DNA of 64,000 nucleotides from Eledone cirrhosa (taxonomy: Eukaryota): the NCBI GenBank assembly GCA_964016885.1, contig OZ024750.1:38192001-38256000 (forward strand). The letters run 5' to 3'. Positions 31,301 to 46,430 of the stretch are shown here, piece after piece. Each line of letters starts with the position of its first letter. Position 1 is the stretch's first letter. Below the pieces are notes generated by a model. The model saw only the letters and a list, made by a program, of their open reading frames with translations, was not told where the DNA came from and did no database searches. The position numbers were made by a program, and so were the translations under genes.

Positions 31301-33230
31301 TATGTGATGTACCATGAAGCTATAGCTAACCTATACACTGTATGTTATGTACCATGAAGCTATGACTAATCTGTACACTGTATGTGATGTACCATGAAGC
31401 TATGGCTAACCTGTACACCGTATGTGATGTAACATGAAGCTATAGCTAACCTGTACACTGTATGTGATGTACCATGAAGCTATGACTAACCTGTACACTG
31501 TATGTGATGTACCATGAAGCTATGACTAACCTGTACACTGTATGTGATGTACCATGAAGCTATCACTAACCTGTACACTGTATGTGATGTACCATGAAGC
31601 TATGACTAACCTATACACTGTATGTGATGTACCATGAAGCTATGACTAACCTTTACACTGTATGTGATGTACCATGAATTCTATGACTAACCTGTACACT
31701 GTATGTGATGTACCATGAAGCTTTAACTAACCTATACACTGTATGTGATGTACCATGAAGCTATGACTAACCTTTACACTGTATGTGATGTACCATGAAG
31801 CTATGGCTAACCTGTACACTGTATGTGATGTACCATGATGCTATGGCTAACCTGTACACTGTATGTGATGTACCATGAAGTTATAGCTAATCTGTACACT
31901 GTATGTGATGTAACATGAAGCTATAGCTAACCTGTACACTGTATGTGATGTACCATGAAGCTATGACTAACCTGTACACTGTATGTGATGTACCATGAAG
32001 CTATAGCTAACCTATACACTGTATGTGATGTACCATGAAGCTATGACTAACCTGTACACTGTATGTGATGTACCATGAAGCTATGACTAACCTATACACT
32101 GTATGTGATGTACCATGAAGCTATGACTAACCGGTACACTGTATGTGATGTACCATGAAGCTATGACTAACATGTAACCTGTATGTGATGTACCATGAAG
32201 CTATGACTAACCTGTACACTGTATGTGATGTACCATGAAGCTATGCTAACCTGTACACTGTATGTGATGTACCATGAAGCTATGGCTAACCTGTACAATG
32301 TATGTGATGTACCATGGAGCTATGACTAACCTATACACTGTATGTGATGTACCATGAAGCTATGACTAACCTGTACACTGTATGTGATGTACCATGAAGC
32401 TATGGCTAAACTGTACACTGTATGTGACTTACCATGAAGCTATGGCTAACCTGTACACTGTATGTGATGCACCATGAAGCTATGACTAACCTGTACACTG
32501 TATATGATGTACCATGAAGCTATGACTAACATGTACACTGTATGCGATGTACCATGAAGCTATGACTAACCTGTACACTGTATGTGATGTACCATGAAGC
32601 TATGACTAACATGTACACTGTATGTGATGTACCATGAAGCTATGACTAACCTGTACACTGTATGTGATGTACCATGAATGTATGGCTAACCTGTACACTG
32701 TATGTGATGTACCATGAAGTTTTAGCTAATCTGTACACTGTATGTGATGTAACATGAAGCTATAGCTAACCTATACATTGTATGTGATGTACCATGAAGC
32801 TATGACTAACCTGTACACTGTAACTGATGTACCATAAAGCTATAACTAACCTATACACTGTATGTGATGTACCATGAAGCTATGACTAACATGTACACTG
32901 TATGTGATGTACCATGAAGCTATGGCTAACCTGTACACTGTATGTGATGCACCATGAAGCTATGCTAAACGGTACACTGTATGTGATGTACCATGAAGCT
33001 ATGGCTAACCTGTACAATGTATGTGATGTACCATGAAGCTATGACTAACCTGTACACTGTATGTGATGTACCATGAAGCTATGACTAACCTATACACTGT
33101 ATGTGATGTACCATGAAGCTATGACTAAACTTTACACTGTATGTGATGTACCATGAAGCTATGGCTAACCTGTACACTGTATGTGATGTACCATGAAGCT
33201 ATGGCTAACCTGTACACTGTATGTGATGTA
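25400..33230. repeat. Tandem duplication of a 3917-bp (about 98-monomer) block
   Basis: GAATTC at 27759/31676 and tgtaactga at 28902/32819; catggag, gaatgtatgg and gttttag are shared in order. Confidence 0.88.
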
Positions 33231-33719
33231 CCATGAAGTTATAGCTAATCTGTACACTGTATGTGATGTAGCATGAAGCTTTAGCTAACCTGTACACTGT
33301 ATGTGATGTACCATGAAGCTATGACTAACCTGTACACTGTATGTGATGTACCATGAAGCTATGACTAACCTGTACACAAATTTTTGTGATGTACCATGAA
33401 GCTATAACTAACCTATACACTGTATGTGATGTACCATGAAGCTATGACTAACCTGTAAAGTGTATGTGATGTACCATGAATCTATGACTAACATGTACAC
33501 TGTATGTGATGTACCATGAAGCTATGACTAACCTGTACACTGTATGTGATGTACCATGAAGCTATGCTAAACGGTACACTGTTTGTGATGTACCATGAAG
33601 CTATGGCTAACCTGTACAATGTATGTGATGTACCATGAAGCTATGACTAACCTATACACTGTATGTGATGTACCATGAAGCTATGACTAACCTGTACACT
33701 GTATGTGATGTACCATGAA

Positions 33720-36700
33720 GCTATGGCTAACCTGTACACTGTATGTGATGTACCATGAAGCTATGACTAACCTGTACACTGTATGTGATGTACCATGAAG
33801 CTATGGCTAACCTGTACACTGTATGTGATGTACCATGAAGCTATGGCTAACCTGTACAATGTATGTGATGTACCATGAAGCTATGGCTAACCTGTACACT
33901 GTATGTGATGTACCATGCAGCTATGGCTAACCTGTACACTGTATGTGATGTACCATGAAGCTATGACTAACCTGTACATTGTATGTGATGTACCATGAAG
34001 CTATAGCTAACCTGTACACTGTATGTGATGTACGATGAAGCTATGGCTAACCTGTACACTGTATGTGATGTACCATGAAGCTATGACTAACCTGTAGACT
34101 GTATATGATGTACCATGAAGCTATGACTAACATGTAACCTGTATGTGATGTACCATGAAGCTATGACTAACCTGTACACTGTATGTGATGTACCATGAAG
34201 CTATGCTAACCTGTACACTGTATGTGATGTACCATGAAGCTATGGCTAATCTGTACAATGTATGTGATGTACCATGAAGCTATGACTAACCTGTACACTG
34301 TATGTGATGTACCATGAAGCTATGGCTAACCTGTACACTGTATGTGATGTACCATGAAGCTATGACTTACCTGTACACTGTATGTGATGAACCATGAAGC
34401 TATGGCTAAGCTGTACACTGTATGTGATGTACCATGAAGCTATGGCTAACCTGTACACTGTATGTGATGTACCATGAAGCTATGACTAACCTGTACACTG
34501 TATGTGATGTACCATGAAGCTATGACTAACCTGTACACTGTATGTGATGTACCATGAAGCTATGACTAACCTGTACACTGTATGTGATGTACCATGAAGC
34601 TACGACTAACCTATACACTGTATGTGATGTACCATGAAGCTATGACTAATCTGTACACTGTATGTTATGTACCATGAAGCTATGACTAACATGTAACCTG
34701 TATGTGATGTACCATGAAGCTATGACTAACCTGTACACTGTATGTGATGTACCATGAAGCTATGCTAACCTGTACACTGTATGTGATGTACCATGAAGCT
34801 ATGGCTAACCTGTACAATGTATGTGATGTACCATGAAGCTATGACTAACCTGTACACTGTATGTGATGTACCATGAAGCTATGGCTAACCTGTACACTGT
34901 ATGTGATGTACCATGAAGCTATGACTTACCTGTACACTGTATGTGATGAACCATGAAGCTATGGCTAAGCTGTACACTGTATGTGATGTACCATGAAGCT
35001 ATGGCTAACATGTACACTGTATGTGATGTACCATGAAGCTATGGCTAACCTGTACACTGTATGTGATGTACCATGAAGCTATGGCTAAGCTGTACACTGT
35101 ATGTGATGTACCATGAAGCTATGACTAACCTGTACACTGTATGTGATGTACCATGAAGCTATAGCTAACCTGTACCCTGTATGTGATGTACCATGAAGCT
35201 ATGGCTAACCTGTACACTGTATGTGATGTACCATGAAGCTATGACTAACCTGTACACTGTATGTGATGTACCATGAAGCTATAGCTAACCTATACACTGT
35301 ATGTGATGTACCATGAAGCTATGGTTAACATGTACACTGTATGTGATGTACCATGAAGCTATGACTAACTTGTACACTGTATGTGATGTACCATGAAGCT
35401 ATGGCTAACCTGTACACTGTGTGTGATGTACCATGAAGCTATGGCTAACCTGTACACTGTATGTGATGTACCATGAAGCTATGGCTAACCTGTACACTGT
35501 ATGTGATGTACCATGAAGCTATGTCTAACCTGTACACTGTATGTGATGTACCATGAAGCTATGGCTAACCTGTACACTGTATGTGATGTACCATGAAGCT
35601 ATGACTAACCTGTACATTGTATGTGATGTACCATGAAGCTATAGCTAACCTGTACACTGTATGTGATGTACCATGAAGCTATGGCTAACCTGTACACTGT
35701 ATGTGATGTACCACGAAGCTATGACTAACCTGTACACTGTATATAATGTACCATGAAGCTATGACTAACCTTTACACTGTATGTGATGTACCATGAAGCT
35801 ATGGCTAACATGTACACTGTATGTGATGTACCATGAAGCTATGACTAACCTGTACACTGTATGTGATGTACCATGAAGCTATGGCTAACCTGTACACTGT
35901 ATGTGATGTACCATGAAGCTATGACTAACCTGTACACTGTATGTGATGTTCCATGAAGCTATGACTAACCTGTACACTGTATGTGATGTACCATGAAGCT
36001 ATGGCTAACCTGTACACTGTATGTGATGTACCATGAAGCTATGACTAACTTGTACACTGTATATGATGTACCATGAAGCTATGACTAACATGTACACTGT
36101 ATGCGATGTACCATGAAGCTATGACTAACCTGTACACTGTATGTGATGTACCATGAAGCTATGACTAACCTGTACACTGTATGTGATGTACCATGAAGCT
36201 ATGGCTAACCTGTACACTGTATGTGATGTAACATAAGCTATAGCTAACCTGTACACTGTATGTGATGTACCATGAAGCTATGACTAACCTGTACACTGTA
36301 TGTGATGTACCATGAAGCTATGACTAACCCGTACACTGTATGTGATGTAACATGAAGCTATAGCTAACCTCTACACTGTATGTGATGTACCATGAAGCTA
36401 TGACTAACCTGTACACTGTATGTGATGTACCATGAAGCTATAGCTAACCTATACACTGTATGTGATGTACCATGAAGCTATGACTAATCTGTACACTGTA
36501 TGTGATGTACCATGAAGCTATGGCTAACCTGTACACCGTATGTGATGTAACATGAAGCTATAGCTAACCTGTACACTGTATGTGATGTACCATGAAGCTA
36601 TGACTAACCTGTACACTGTATGTGATGTACCATGAAGCTATGACTAACCTGTACACTGTATGTGATGTACCATGAAGCTATCACTAACCTGTACACTGTA

Positions 36701-39700
36701 TGTGATGTACCATGAAGCTATGACTAACCTATACACTGTATGTGATGTACCATGAAGCTATGACTAACCTTTACACTGTATGTGATGTACCATGAATTCT
36801 ATGACTAACCTGTACACTGTATGTGATGTACCATGAAGCTTTAACTAACCTATACACTGTATGTGATGTACCATGAAGCTATGACTAACCTTTACACTGT
36901 ATGTGATGTACCATGAAGCTATGGCTAACCTGTACACTGTATGTGATGTACCATGAAGCTATGGCTAACCTGTACACTGTATGTGATGTACCATGAAGTT
37001 ATAGCTAATCTGTACACTGTATGTGATGTAACATGAAGCTATAGCTAACCTGTACACTGTATGTGATGTACCATGAAGCTATGACTAACCTGTACACTGT
37101 ATGTGATGTACCATGAAGCTATAGCTAACCTATACACTGTATGTGATGTACCATGAAGCTATGACTAACCTGTACACTGTATGTGATGTACCATGAAGCT
37201 ATGACTAACCTATACACTGTATGTGATGTACCATGAAGCTATGACTAACCTGTACACTGTATGTGATGTACCATGAAGCTATGACTAACATGTAACCTGT
37301 ATGTGATGTACCATGAAGCTATGACTAACCTGTACACTGTATGTGATGTACCGTGAAGCTATGCTAACCTGTACACTGTATGTGATGTACCATGAAGCTA
37401 TGGCTAACCTGTACAATGTATGTGATGTACCATGGAGCTATGACTAACCTATACACTCTATGTGATGTACCATGAAGCTATGACTAACCTGTACACTGTA
37501 TGTGATGTACCATGAAGCTATGGCTAACCTGTACACTGTATGTGATGTACCATGAAGCTATGGCTAACCTGTACAATGTATGTGATGTACCATGAAGCTA
37601 TGGCTAACCTGTACACTGTATGTGATGTACCATGCAGCTATGGCTAACCTGTACACTGTATGTGATGTACCATGAAGCTATGACTAACCTGTACATTGTA
37701 TGTGATGTACCATGAAGCTATAGCTAACCTGTACACTGTATGTGATGTACGATGAAGCTATGGCTAACCTGTACACTGTATGTGATGTACCATGAAGCTA
37801 TGACTAACCTGTAGACTGTATATGATGTACCATGAAGCTATGACTAACATGTAACCTGTATGTGATGTACCATGAAGCTATGACTAACCTGTACACTGTA
37901 TGTGATGTACCATGAAGCTATGCTAACCTGTACACTGTATGTGATGTACCATGAAGCTATGGCTAACCTGTACAATGTATGTGATGTACCATGAAGCTAT
38001 GACTAACCTGTACACTGTATGTGATGTACCATGAAGCTATGGCTAACCTGTACACTGTATGTGATGTACCATGAAGCTATGACTTACCTGTACACTGTAT
38101 GTGATGAACCATGAAGCTATGGCTAAGCTGTACACTGTATGTGATGTACCATGAAGCTATGGCTAACCTGTACACTGTATGTGATGTACCATGAAGCTAT
38201 GACTAACCTGTACACTGTATGTGATGTACCATGAAGCTATGACTAACCTGTACACTGTATGTGATGTACCATGAAGCTATGACTAACCTGTACACTGTAT
38301 GTGATGTACCATGAAGCTACGACTAACCTATACACTGTATGTGATGTACCATGAAGCTATGACTAATCTGTACACTGTATGTTATGTACCATGAAGCTAT
38401 GACTAACATGTAACCTGTATGTGATGTACCATGAAGCTATGACTAACCTGTACACTGTATGTGATGTACCATGAAGCTATGCTAACCTGTACACTGTATG
38501 TGATGTACCATGAAGCTATGGCTAACCTGTACAATGTATGTGATGTACCATGAAGCTATGACTAACCTGTACACTGTATGTGATGTACCATGAAGCTATG
38601 GCTAACCTGTACACTGTATGTGATGTACCATGAAGCTATGGCTTACCTGTACACTGTATGTGATGAACCATGAAGCTATGGCTAAGCTGTACACTGTATG
38701 TGATGTACCATGAAGCTATGGCTAACATGTACACTGTATGTGATGTACCATGAAGCTATGGCTAACCTGTACACTGTATGTGATGTACCATGAAGCTATG
38801 GCTAAGCTGTACACTGTATGTGATGTACCATGAAGCTATGACTAACCTGTACACTGTATGTGATGTACCATGAAGCTATAGCTAACCTGTACCCTGTATG
38901 TGATGTACCATGAAGCTATGGCTAACCTGTACACTGTATGTGATGTACCATGAAGCTATGACTAACCTGTACACTGTATGTGATGTACCATGAAGCTATA
39001 GCTAACCTATACACTGTATGTGATGTACCATGAAGCTATGGTTAACATGTACACTGTATGTGATGTACCATGAAGCTATGACTAACTTGTACACTGTATG
39101 TGATGTACCATGAAGCTATGGCTAACCTGTACACTGTGTGTGATGTACCATGAAGCTATGGCTAACCTGTACACTGTATGTGATGTACCATGAAGCTATG
39201 GCTAACCTGTACACTGTATGTGATGTACCATGAAGCTATGTCTAACCTGTACACTGTATGTGATGTACCATGAAGCTATGGCTAACCTGTACACTGTATG
39301 TGATGTACCATGAAGCTATGACTAACCTGTACATTGTATGTGATGTACCATGAAGCTATAGCTAACCTGTACACTGTATGTGATGTACCATGAAGCTATG
39401 GCTAACCTGTACACTGTATGTGATGTACCACGAAGCTATGACTAACCTGTACACTGTATATAATGTACCATGAAGCTATGACTAACCTTTACACTGTATG
39501 TGATGTACCATGAAGCTATGGCTAACATGTACACTGTATGTGATGTACCATGAAGCTATGACTAACCTGTACACTGTATGTGATGTACCATGAAGCTATG
39601 GCTAACCTGTACACTGTATGTGATGTACCATGAAGCTATGACTAACCTGTACACTGTATGTGATGTTCCATGAAGCTATGACTAACCTGTACACTGTATG

Positions 39701-41160
39701 TGATGTACCATGAAGCTATGGCTAACCTGTACACTGTATGTGATGTACCATGAAGCTATGACTAACTTGTACACTGTATATGATGTACCATGAAGCTATG
39801 ACTAACATGTACACTGTATGCGATGTACCATGAAGCTATGACTAACCTGTACACTGTATGTGATGTACCATGAAGCTATGACTAACCTGTACACTGTATG
39901 TGATGTACCATGAAGCTATGGCTAACCTGTACACTGTATGTGATGTAACATAAGCTATAGCTAACCTGTACACTGTATGTGATGTACCATGAAGCTATGA
40001 CTAACCTGTACACTGTATGTGATGTACCATGAAGCTATGACTAACCCGTACACTGTATGTGATGTAACATGAAGCTATAGCTAACCTCTACACTGTATGT
40101 GATGTACCATGAAGCTATGACTAACCTGTACACTGTATGTGATGTACCATGAAGCTATAGCTAACCTATACACTGTATGTGATGTACCATGAAGCTATGA
40201 CTAATCTGTACACTGTATGTGATGTACCATGAAGCTATGGCTAACCTGTACACCGTATGTGATGTAACATGAAGCTATAGCTAACCTGTACACTGTATGT
40301 GATGTACCATGAAGCTATGACTAACCTGTACACTGTATGTGATGTACCATGAAGCTATGACTAACCTGTACACTGTATGTGATGTACCATGAAGCTATCA
40401 CTAACCTGTACACTGTATGTGATGTACCATGAAGCTATGACTAACCTATACACTGTATGTGATGTACCATGAAGCTATGACTAACCTTTACACTGTATGT
40501 GATGTACCATGAATTCTATGACTAACCTGTACACTGTATGTGATGTACCATGAAGCTTTAACTAACCTATACACTGTATGTGATGTACCATGAAGCTATG
40601 ACTAACCTTTACACTGTATGTGATGTACCATGAAGCTATGGCTAACCTGTACACTGTATGTGATGTACCATGAAGCTATGGCTAACCTGTACACTGTATG
40701 TGATGTACCATGAAGTTATAGCTAATCTGTACACTGTATGTGATGTAACATGAAGCTATAGCTAACCTGTACACTGTATGTGATGTACCATGAAGCTATG
40801 ACTAACCTGTACACTGTATGTGATGTACCATGAAGCTATAGCTAACCTATACACTGTATGTGATGTACCATGAAGCTATGACTAACCTGTACACTGTATG
40901 TGATGTACCATGAAGCTATGACTAACCTATACACTGTATGTGATGTACCATGAAGCTATGACTAACCTGTACACTGTATGTGATGTACCATGAAGCTATG
41001 ACTAACATGTAACCTGTATGTGATGTACCATGAAGCTATGACTAACCTGTACACTGTATGTGATGTACCATGAAGCAATGCTAACCTGTACACTGTATGT
41101 GATGTACCATGAAGCTATGGCTAACCTGTACAATGTATGTGATGTACCATGGAGCTATGA
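33720..41160. repeat. Tandem duplication of a 3717-bp (about 93-monomer) block
   Basis: tacgatg at 34031/37748 and GAATTC at 36794/40511; tagact, gttatg and ccacga are shared in order. Confidence 0.88.
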
Positions 41161-41169
41161 CTAACCTAT

Positions 41170-44100
41170 ACACTGTATGTGATGTACCATGAAGCTATGA
41201 CTAACCTGTACACTGTATGTGATGTACCATGAAGCTATGGCTAAACTGTACACTGTATGTGACTTACCATGAAGCTATGGCTAACCTGTACACTGTATGT
41301 GATGTACCATGAAGCTATGACTAACCTGTACACTGTATATGATGTACCATGAAGCTATGACTAACATGTACACTGTATGCGATGTACCATGAAGCTATGA
41401 CTAACCTGTACACTGTATGTGATGTACCATGAAGCTATGACTAACATGTACACTGTATGTGATGTACCATGAAGCTATGACTAACCTGTACACTGTATGT
41501 GATGTACCATGAATGTATGGCTAACCTGTACACTGTATGTGATGTACCATGAAGTTTTAGCTAATCTGTACACTGTATGTGATGTAACATGAAGCTATAG
41601 CTAACCTATACATTGTATGTGATGTACCATGAAGCTATGACTAACCTGTACACTGTAACTGATGTACCATAAAGCTATAACTAACCTATACACTGTATGT
41701 GATGTACCATGAAGCTATGACTAACATGTACACTGTATGTGATGTACCATGAAGCTATGGCTAACCTGTACACTGTATGTGATGCACCATGAAGCTATGC
41801 TAAACGGTACACTGTATGTGATGTACCATGAAGCTATGGCTAACCTGTACAATGTATGTGATGTACCATGAAGCTATGACTAACCTGTACACTGTATGTG
41901 ATGTACCATGAAGCTATGACTAACCTATACACTGTATGTGATGTACCATGAAGCTATGACTAAACTTTACACTGTATGTGATGTACCATGAAGCTATGGC
42001 TAACCTGTACACTGTATGTGATGTACCATGAAGCTATGGCTAACCTGTACACTGTATGTGATGTACCATGAAGTTATAGCTAATCTGTACACTGTATGTG
42101 ATGTAGCATGAAGCTTTAGCTAACCTGTACACTGTATGTGATGTACCATGAAGCTATGACTAACCTGTACACTGTATGTGATGTACCATGAAGCTATGAC
42201 TAACCTGTACACAAATTTTTGTGATGTACCATGAAGCTATAACTAACCTATACACTGTATGTGATGTACCATGAAGCTATGACTAACCTCTAAAGTGTAT
42301 GTGATGTACCATGAATCTATGACTAACATGTACACTGTATGTGATGTACCATGAAGCTATGACTAACCTGTACACTGTATGTGATGTACCATGAAGCTAT
42401 GCTAAACGGTACACTGTTTGTCATGTACCATGAAGCTATGGCTAACCTGTACAATGTATGTGATGTACCATGAAGCTATGACTAACCTATACACTGTATG
42501 TGATGTACCATGAAGCTATGACTAACCTGTACACTGTATGTGATGTACCATGAAGCTATGGCTAACCTGTACACTGTATGTGATGTACCATGAAGCTATG
42601 ACTAACCTGTACACTGTATGTGATGTACCATGAAGCTATGGCTAACCTGTACACTGTATGTGATGTACCATGAAGCTATGGCTAACCTGTACAATGTATG
42701 TGATGTACCATGAAGCTATGGCTAACCTGTACACTGTATGTGATGTACCATGCAGCTATGGCTAACCTGTACACTGTATGTGATGTACCATGAAGCTATG
42801 ACTAACCTGTACATTGTATGTGATGTACCATGAAGCTATAGCTAACCTGTACACTGTATGTGATGTACGATGAAGCTATGGCTAACCTGTACACTGTATG
42901 TGATGTACCATGAAGCTATGACTAACCTGTAGACTGTATATGATGTACCATGAAGCTATGACTAACCTGTACACTGTATGTGATGTACCATGAAGCTATA
43001 GCTAACATGTACACTGTATGTGATGTACCATGAAGCTATGACTAACCTGTACACTGTATATGCTGTACCATGAAGCTATGACTAACATGTACACTGTATG
43101 CGATGTACCATGAAGCTATGACTAACCTGTACACTGTATATGATGTACCATGAAGCTATGACTAACCTTTACACTGTATGTGATGTACCATGAAGCTATG
43201 GCTAACATGTACACTGTATGTGATGTACCATGAAGCTATGACTAACCTGTACACTGTATGTGATGTACCATGAAGCTATGGCTAACCTGTACACTGTATG
43301 TGATGTACCATGAAGCTATGACTAACCTGTACACTGTATGTGATGTTCCATGAAGCTATGACTAACCTGTACACTGTATGTGATGTACAATGAAGCTATG
43401 GCTAACCTGTACACTGTATGTGATGTACCATGAAGCTATGACTAACTTGTACACTGTATATGATGTACCATGAAGCTATGACTAACATGTACACTGTATG
43501 CGATGTACCATGAAGCTATGACTAACCTGTAAACTGTATGTGATGTACCATGAAGCTATGACTAACCTGTACACTGTATGTGATGTACCATGAAGCTATG
43601 GCTAACCTCTACACTGTATGTGATGTACCATGAAGCTATGACTAACCTGTACACTGTATGTGATGTACCATGAAGCTATAGCTAACCTATACACTGTATG
43701 TGATATACCATGAAGCTATGACTAATCTGTACACTATATGTGATGTACCATGAAGCTATGACTAACCTATACACTGTATGTGATGTACCATGAAGCTATG
43801 ACTAACCTGTACACTGTATGTGATGTACCATGAAGCTATGACTAACCTATACACTGTATGTGATGTACCATGAAGCTATGACTAACCTGTACACTGTATG
43901 TGATGTACCATGAAGCTATGGCTAAACTGTACACTGTATGTGACTTACCATGAAGCTATGGCTAACCTGTACACTGTATGTGATGTACCATGAAGCTATG
44001 ACTAACCTGTACACTGTATATGATGTACCATGAAGCTATGACTAACATGTACACTGTATGCGATGTACCATGAAGCTATGACTAACCTGTACACTGTATG

Positions 44101-46430
44101 AGATGTACCATGAAGCTATGACTAACAGGTACACTGTATGTGATGTACCATGAAGCTATGACTAACCTGTACACTGTATGTGATGTACCATGAATGTATG
44201 GCTAACCTGTACACTGTATGTGATGTACCATGAAGTTTTAGCTAATCTGTACACTGTATGTGATGTAACATGAAGCTATAGCTAACCTATACATTGTATG
44301 TGATGTACCATGAAGCTATGACTAACCTGTACACTGTAACTGATGTACCATAAAGCTATAACTAACCTATACACTGTATGTGATGTACCATGAAGCTATG
44401 ACTAACATGTACACTGTATGTGATGTACCATGAAGCTATGGCTAACCTGTACACTGTATGTGATGCACCATGAAGCTATGCTAAACGGTACACTGTATGT
44501 GATGTACCATGAAGCTATGGCTAACCTGTACAATGTATGTGATGTACCATGAAGCTATGACTAACCTGTACACTGTATGTGATGTACCATGAAGCTATGA
44601 CTAACCTATACACTGTATGTGATGTACCATGAAGCTATGACTAAACTTTACACTGTATGTGATGTACCATGAAGCTATGGCTAACCTGTACACTGTATGT
44701 GATGTACCATGAAGCTATGGCTAACCTGTACACTGTATGTGATGTACCATGAAGTTATAGCTAATCTGTACACTGTATGTGATGTAGCATGAAGCTTTAG
44801 CTAACCTGTACACTGTATGTGATGTACCATGAAGCTATGACTAACCTGTACACTGTATGTGATGTACCATGAAGCTATGACTAACCTGTACACAAATTTT
44901 TGTGATGTACCATGAAGCTATAACTAACCTATACACTGTATGTGATGTACCATGAAGCTATGACTAACCTGTAAAGTGTATGTGATGTACCATGAATCTA
45001 TGACTAACATGTACACTGTATGTGATGTACCATGAAGCTATGACTAACCTGTACACTGTATGTGATGTACCATGAAGCTATGCTAAACGGTACACTGTTT
45101 GTGATGTACCATGAAGCTATGGCTAACCTGTACAATGTATGTGATGTACCATGAAGCTATGACTAACCTATACACTGTATGTGATGTACCATGAAGCTAT
45201 GACTAACCTGTACACTGTATGTGATGTACCATGAAGCTATGGCTAACCTGTACACTGTATGTGATGTACCATGAAGCTATGACTAACCTGTACACTGTAT
45301 GTGATGTACCATGAAGCTATGGCTAACCTGTACACTGTATGTGATGTACCATGAAGCTATGGCTAACCTGTACAATGTATGTGATGTACCATGAAGCTAT
45401 GGCTAACCTGTACACTGTATGTGATGTACCATGCAGCTATGGCTAACCTGTACACTGTATGTGATGTACCATGAAGCTATGACTAACCTGTACATTGTAT
45501 GTGATGTACCATGAAGCTATAGCTAACCTGTACACTGTATGTGATGTACGATGAAGCTATGGCTAACCTGTACACTGTATGTGATGTACCATGAAGCTAT
45601 GACTAACCTGTAGACTGTATATGATGTACCATGAAGCTATGACTAACCTGTACACTGTATGTGATGTACCATGAAGCTATAGCTAACATGTACACTGTAT
45701 GTGATGTACCATGAAGCTATGACTAACCTGTACACTGTATATGCTGTACCATGAAGCTATGACTAACATGTACACTGTATGCGATGTACCATGAAGCTAT
45801 GACTAACCTGTACACTGTATATGATGTACCATGAAGCTATGACTAACCTTTACACTGTATGTGATGTACCATGAAGCTATGGCTAACATGTACACTGTAT
45901 GTGATGTACCATGAAGCTATGACTAACCTGTACACTGTATGTGATGTACCATGAAGCTATGGCTAACCTGTACACTGTATGTGATGTACCATGAAGCTAT
46001 GACTAACCTGTACACTGTATGTGATGTTCCATGAAGCTATGACTAACCTGTACACTGTATGTGATGTACAATGAAGCTATGGCTAACCTGTACACTGTAT
46101 GTGATGTACCATGAAGCTATGACTAACTTGTACACTGTATATGATGTACCATGAAGCTATGACTAACATGTACACTGTATGCGATGTACCATGAAGCTAT
46201 GACTAACCTGTAAACTGTATGTGATGTACCATGAAGCTATGACTAACCTGTACACTGTATGTGATGTACCATGAAGCTATGGCTAACCTCTACACTGTAT
46301 GTGATGTACCATGAAGCTATGACTAACCTGTACACTGTATGTGATGTACCATGAAGCTATAGCTAACCTATACACTGTATGTGATATACCATGAAGCTAT
46401 GACTAATCTGTACACTATATGTGATGTACC
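41170..46430. repeat. Tandem duplication of a 2681-bp (67-monomer) block carrying the AAATTTTT monomer
   Basis: AAATTTTT at 42213/44894, atgctgtacc at about 43060/45741, acactatat at 43731/46412. Confidence 0.88.
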
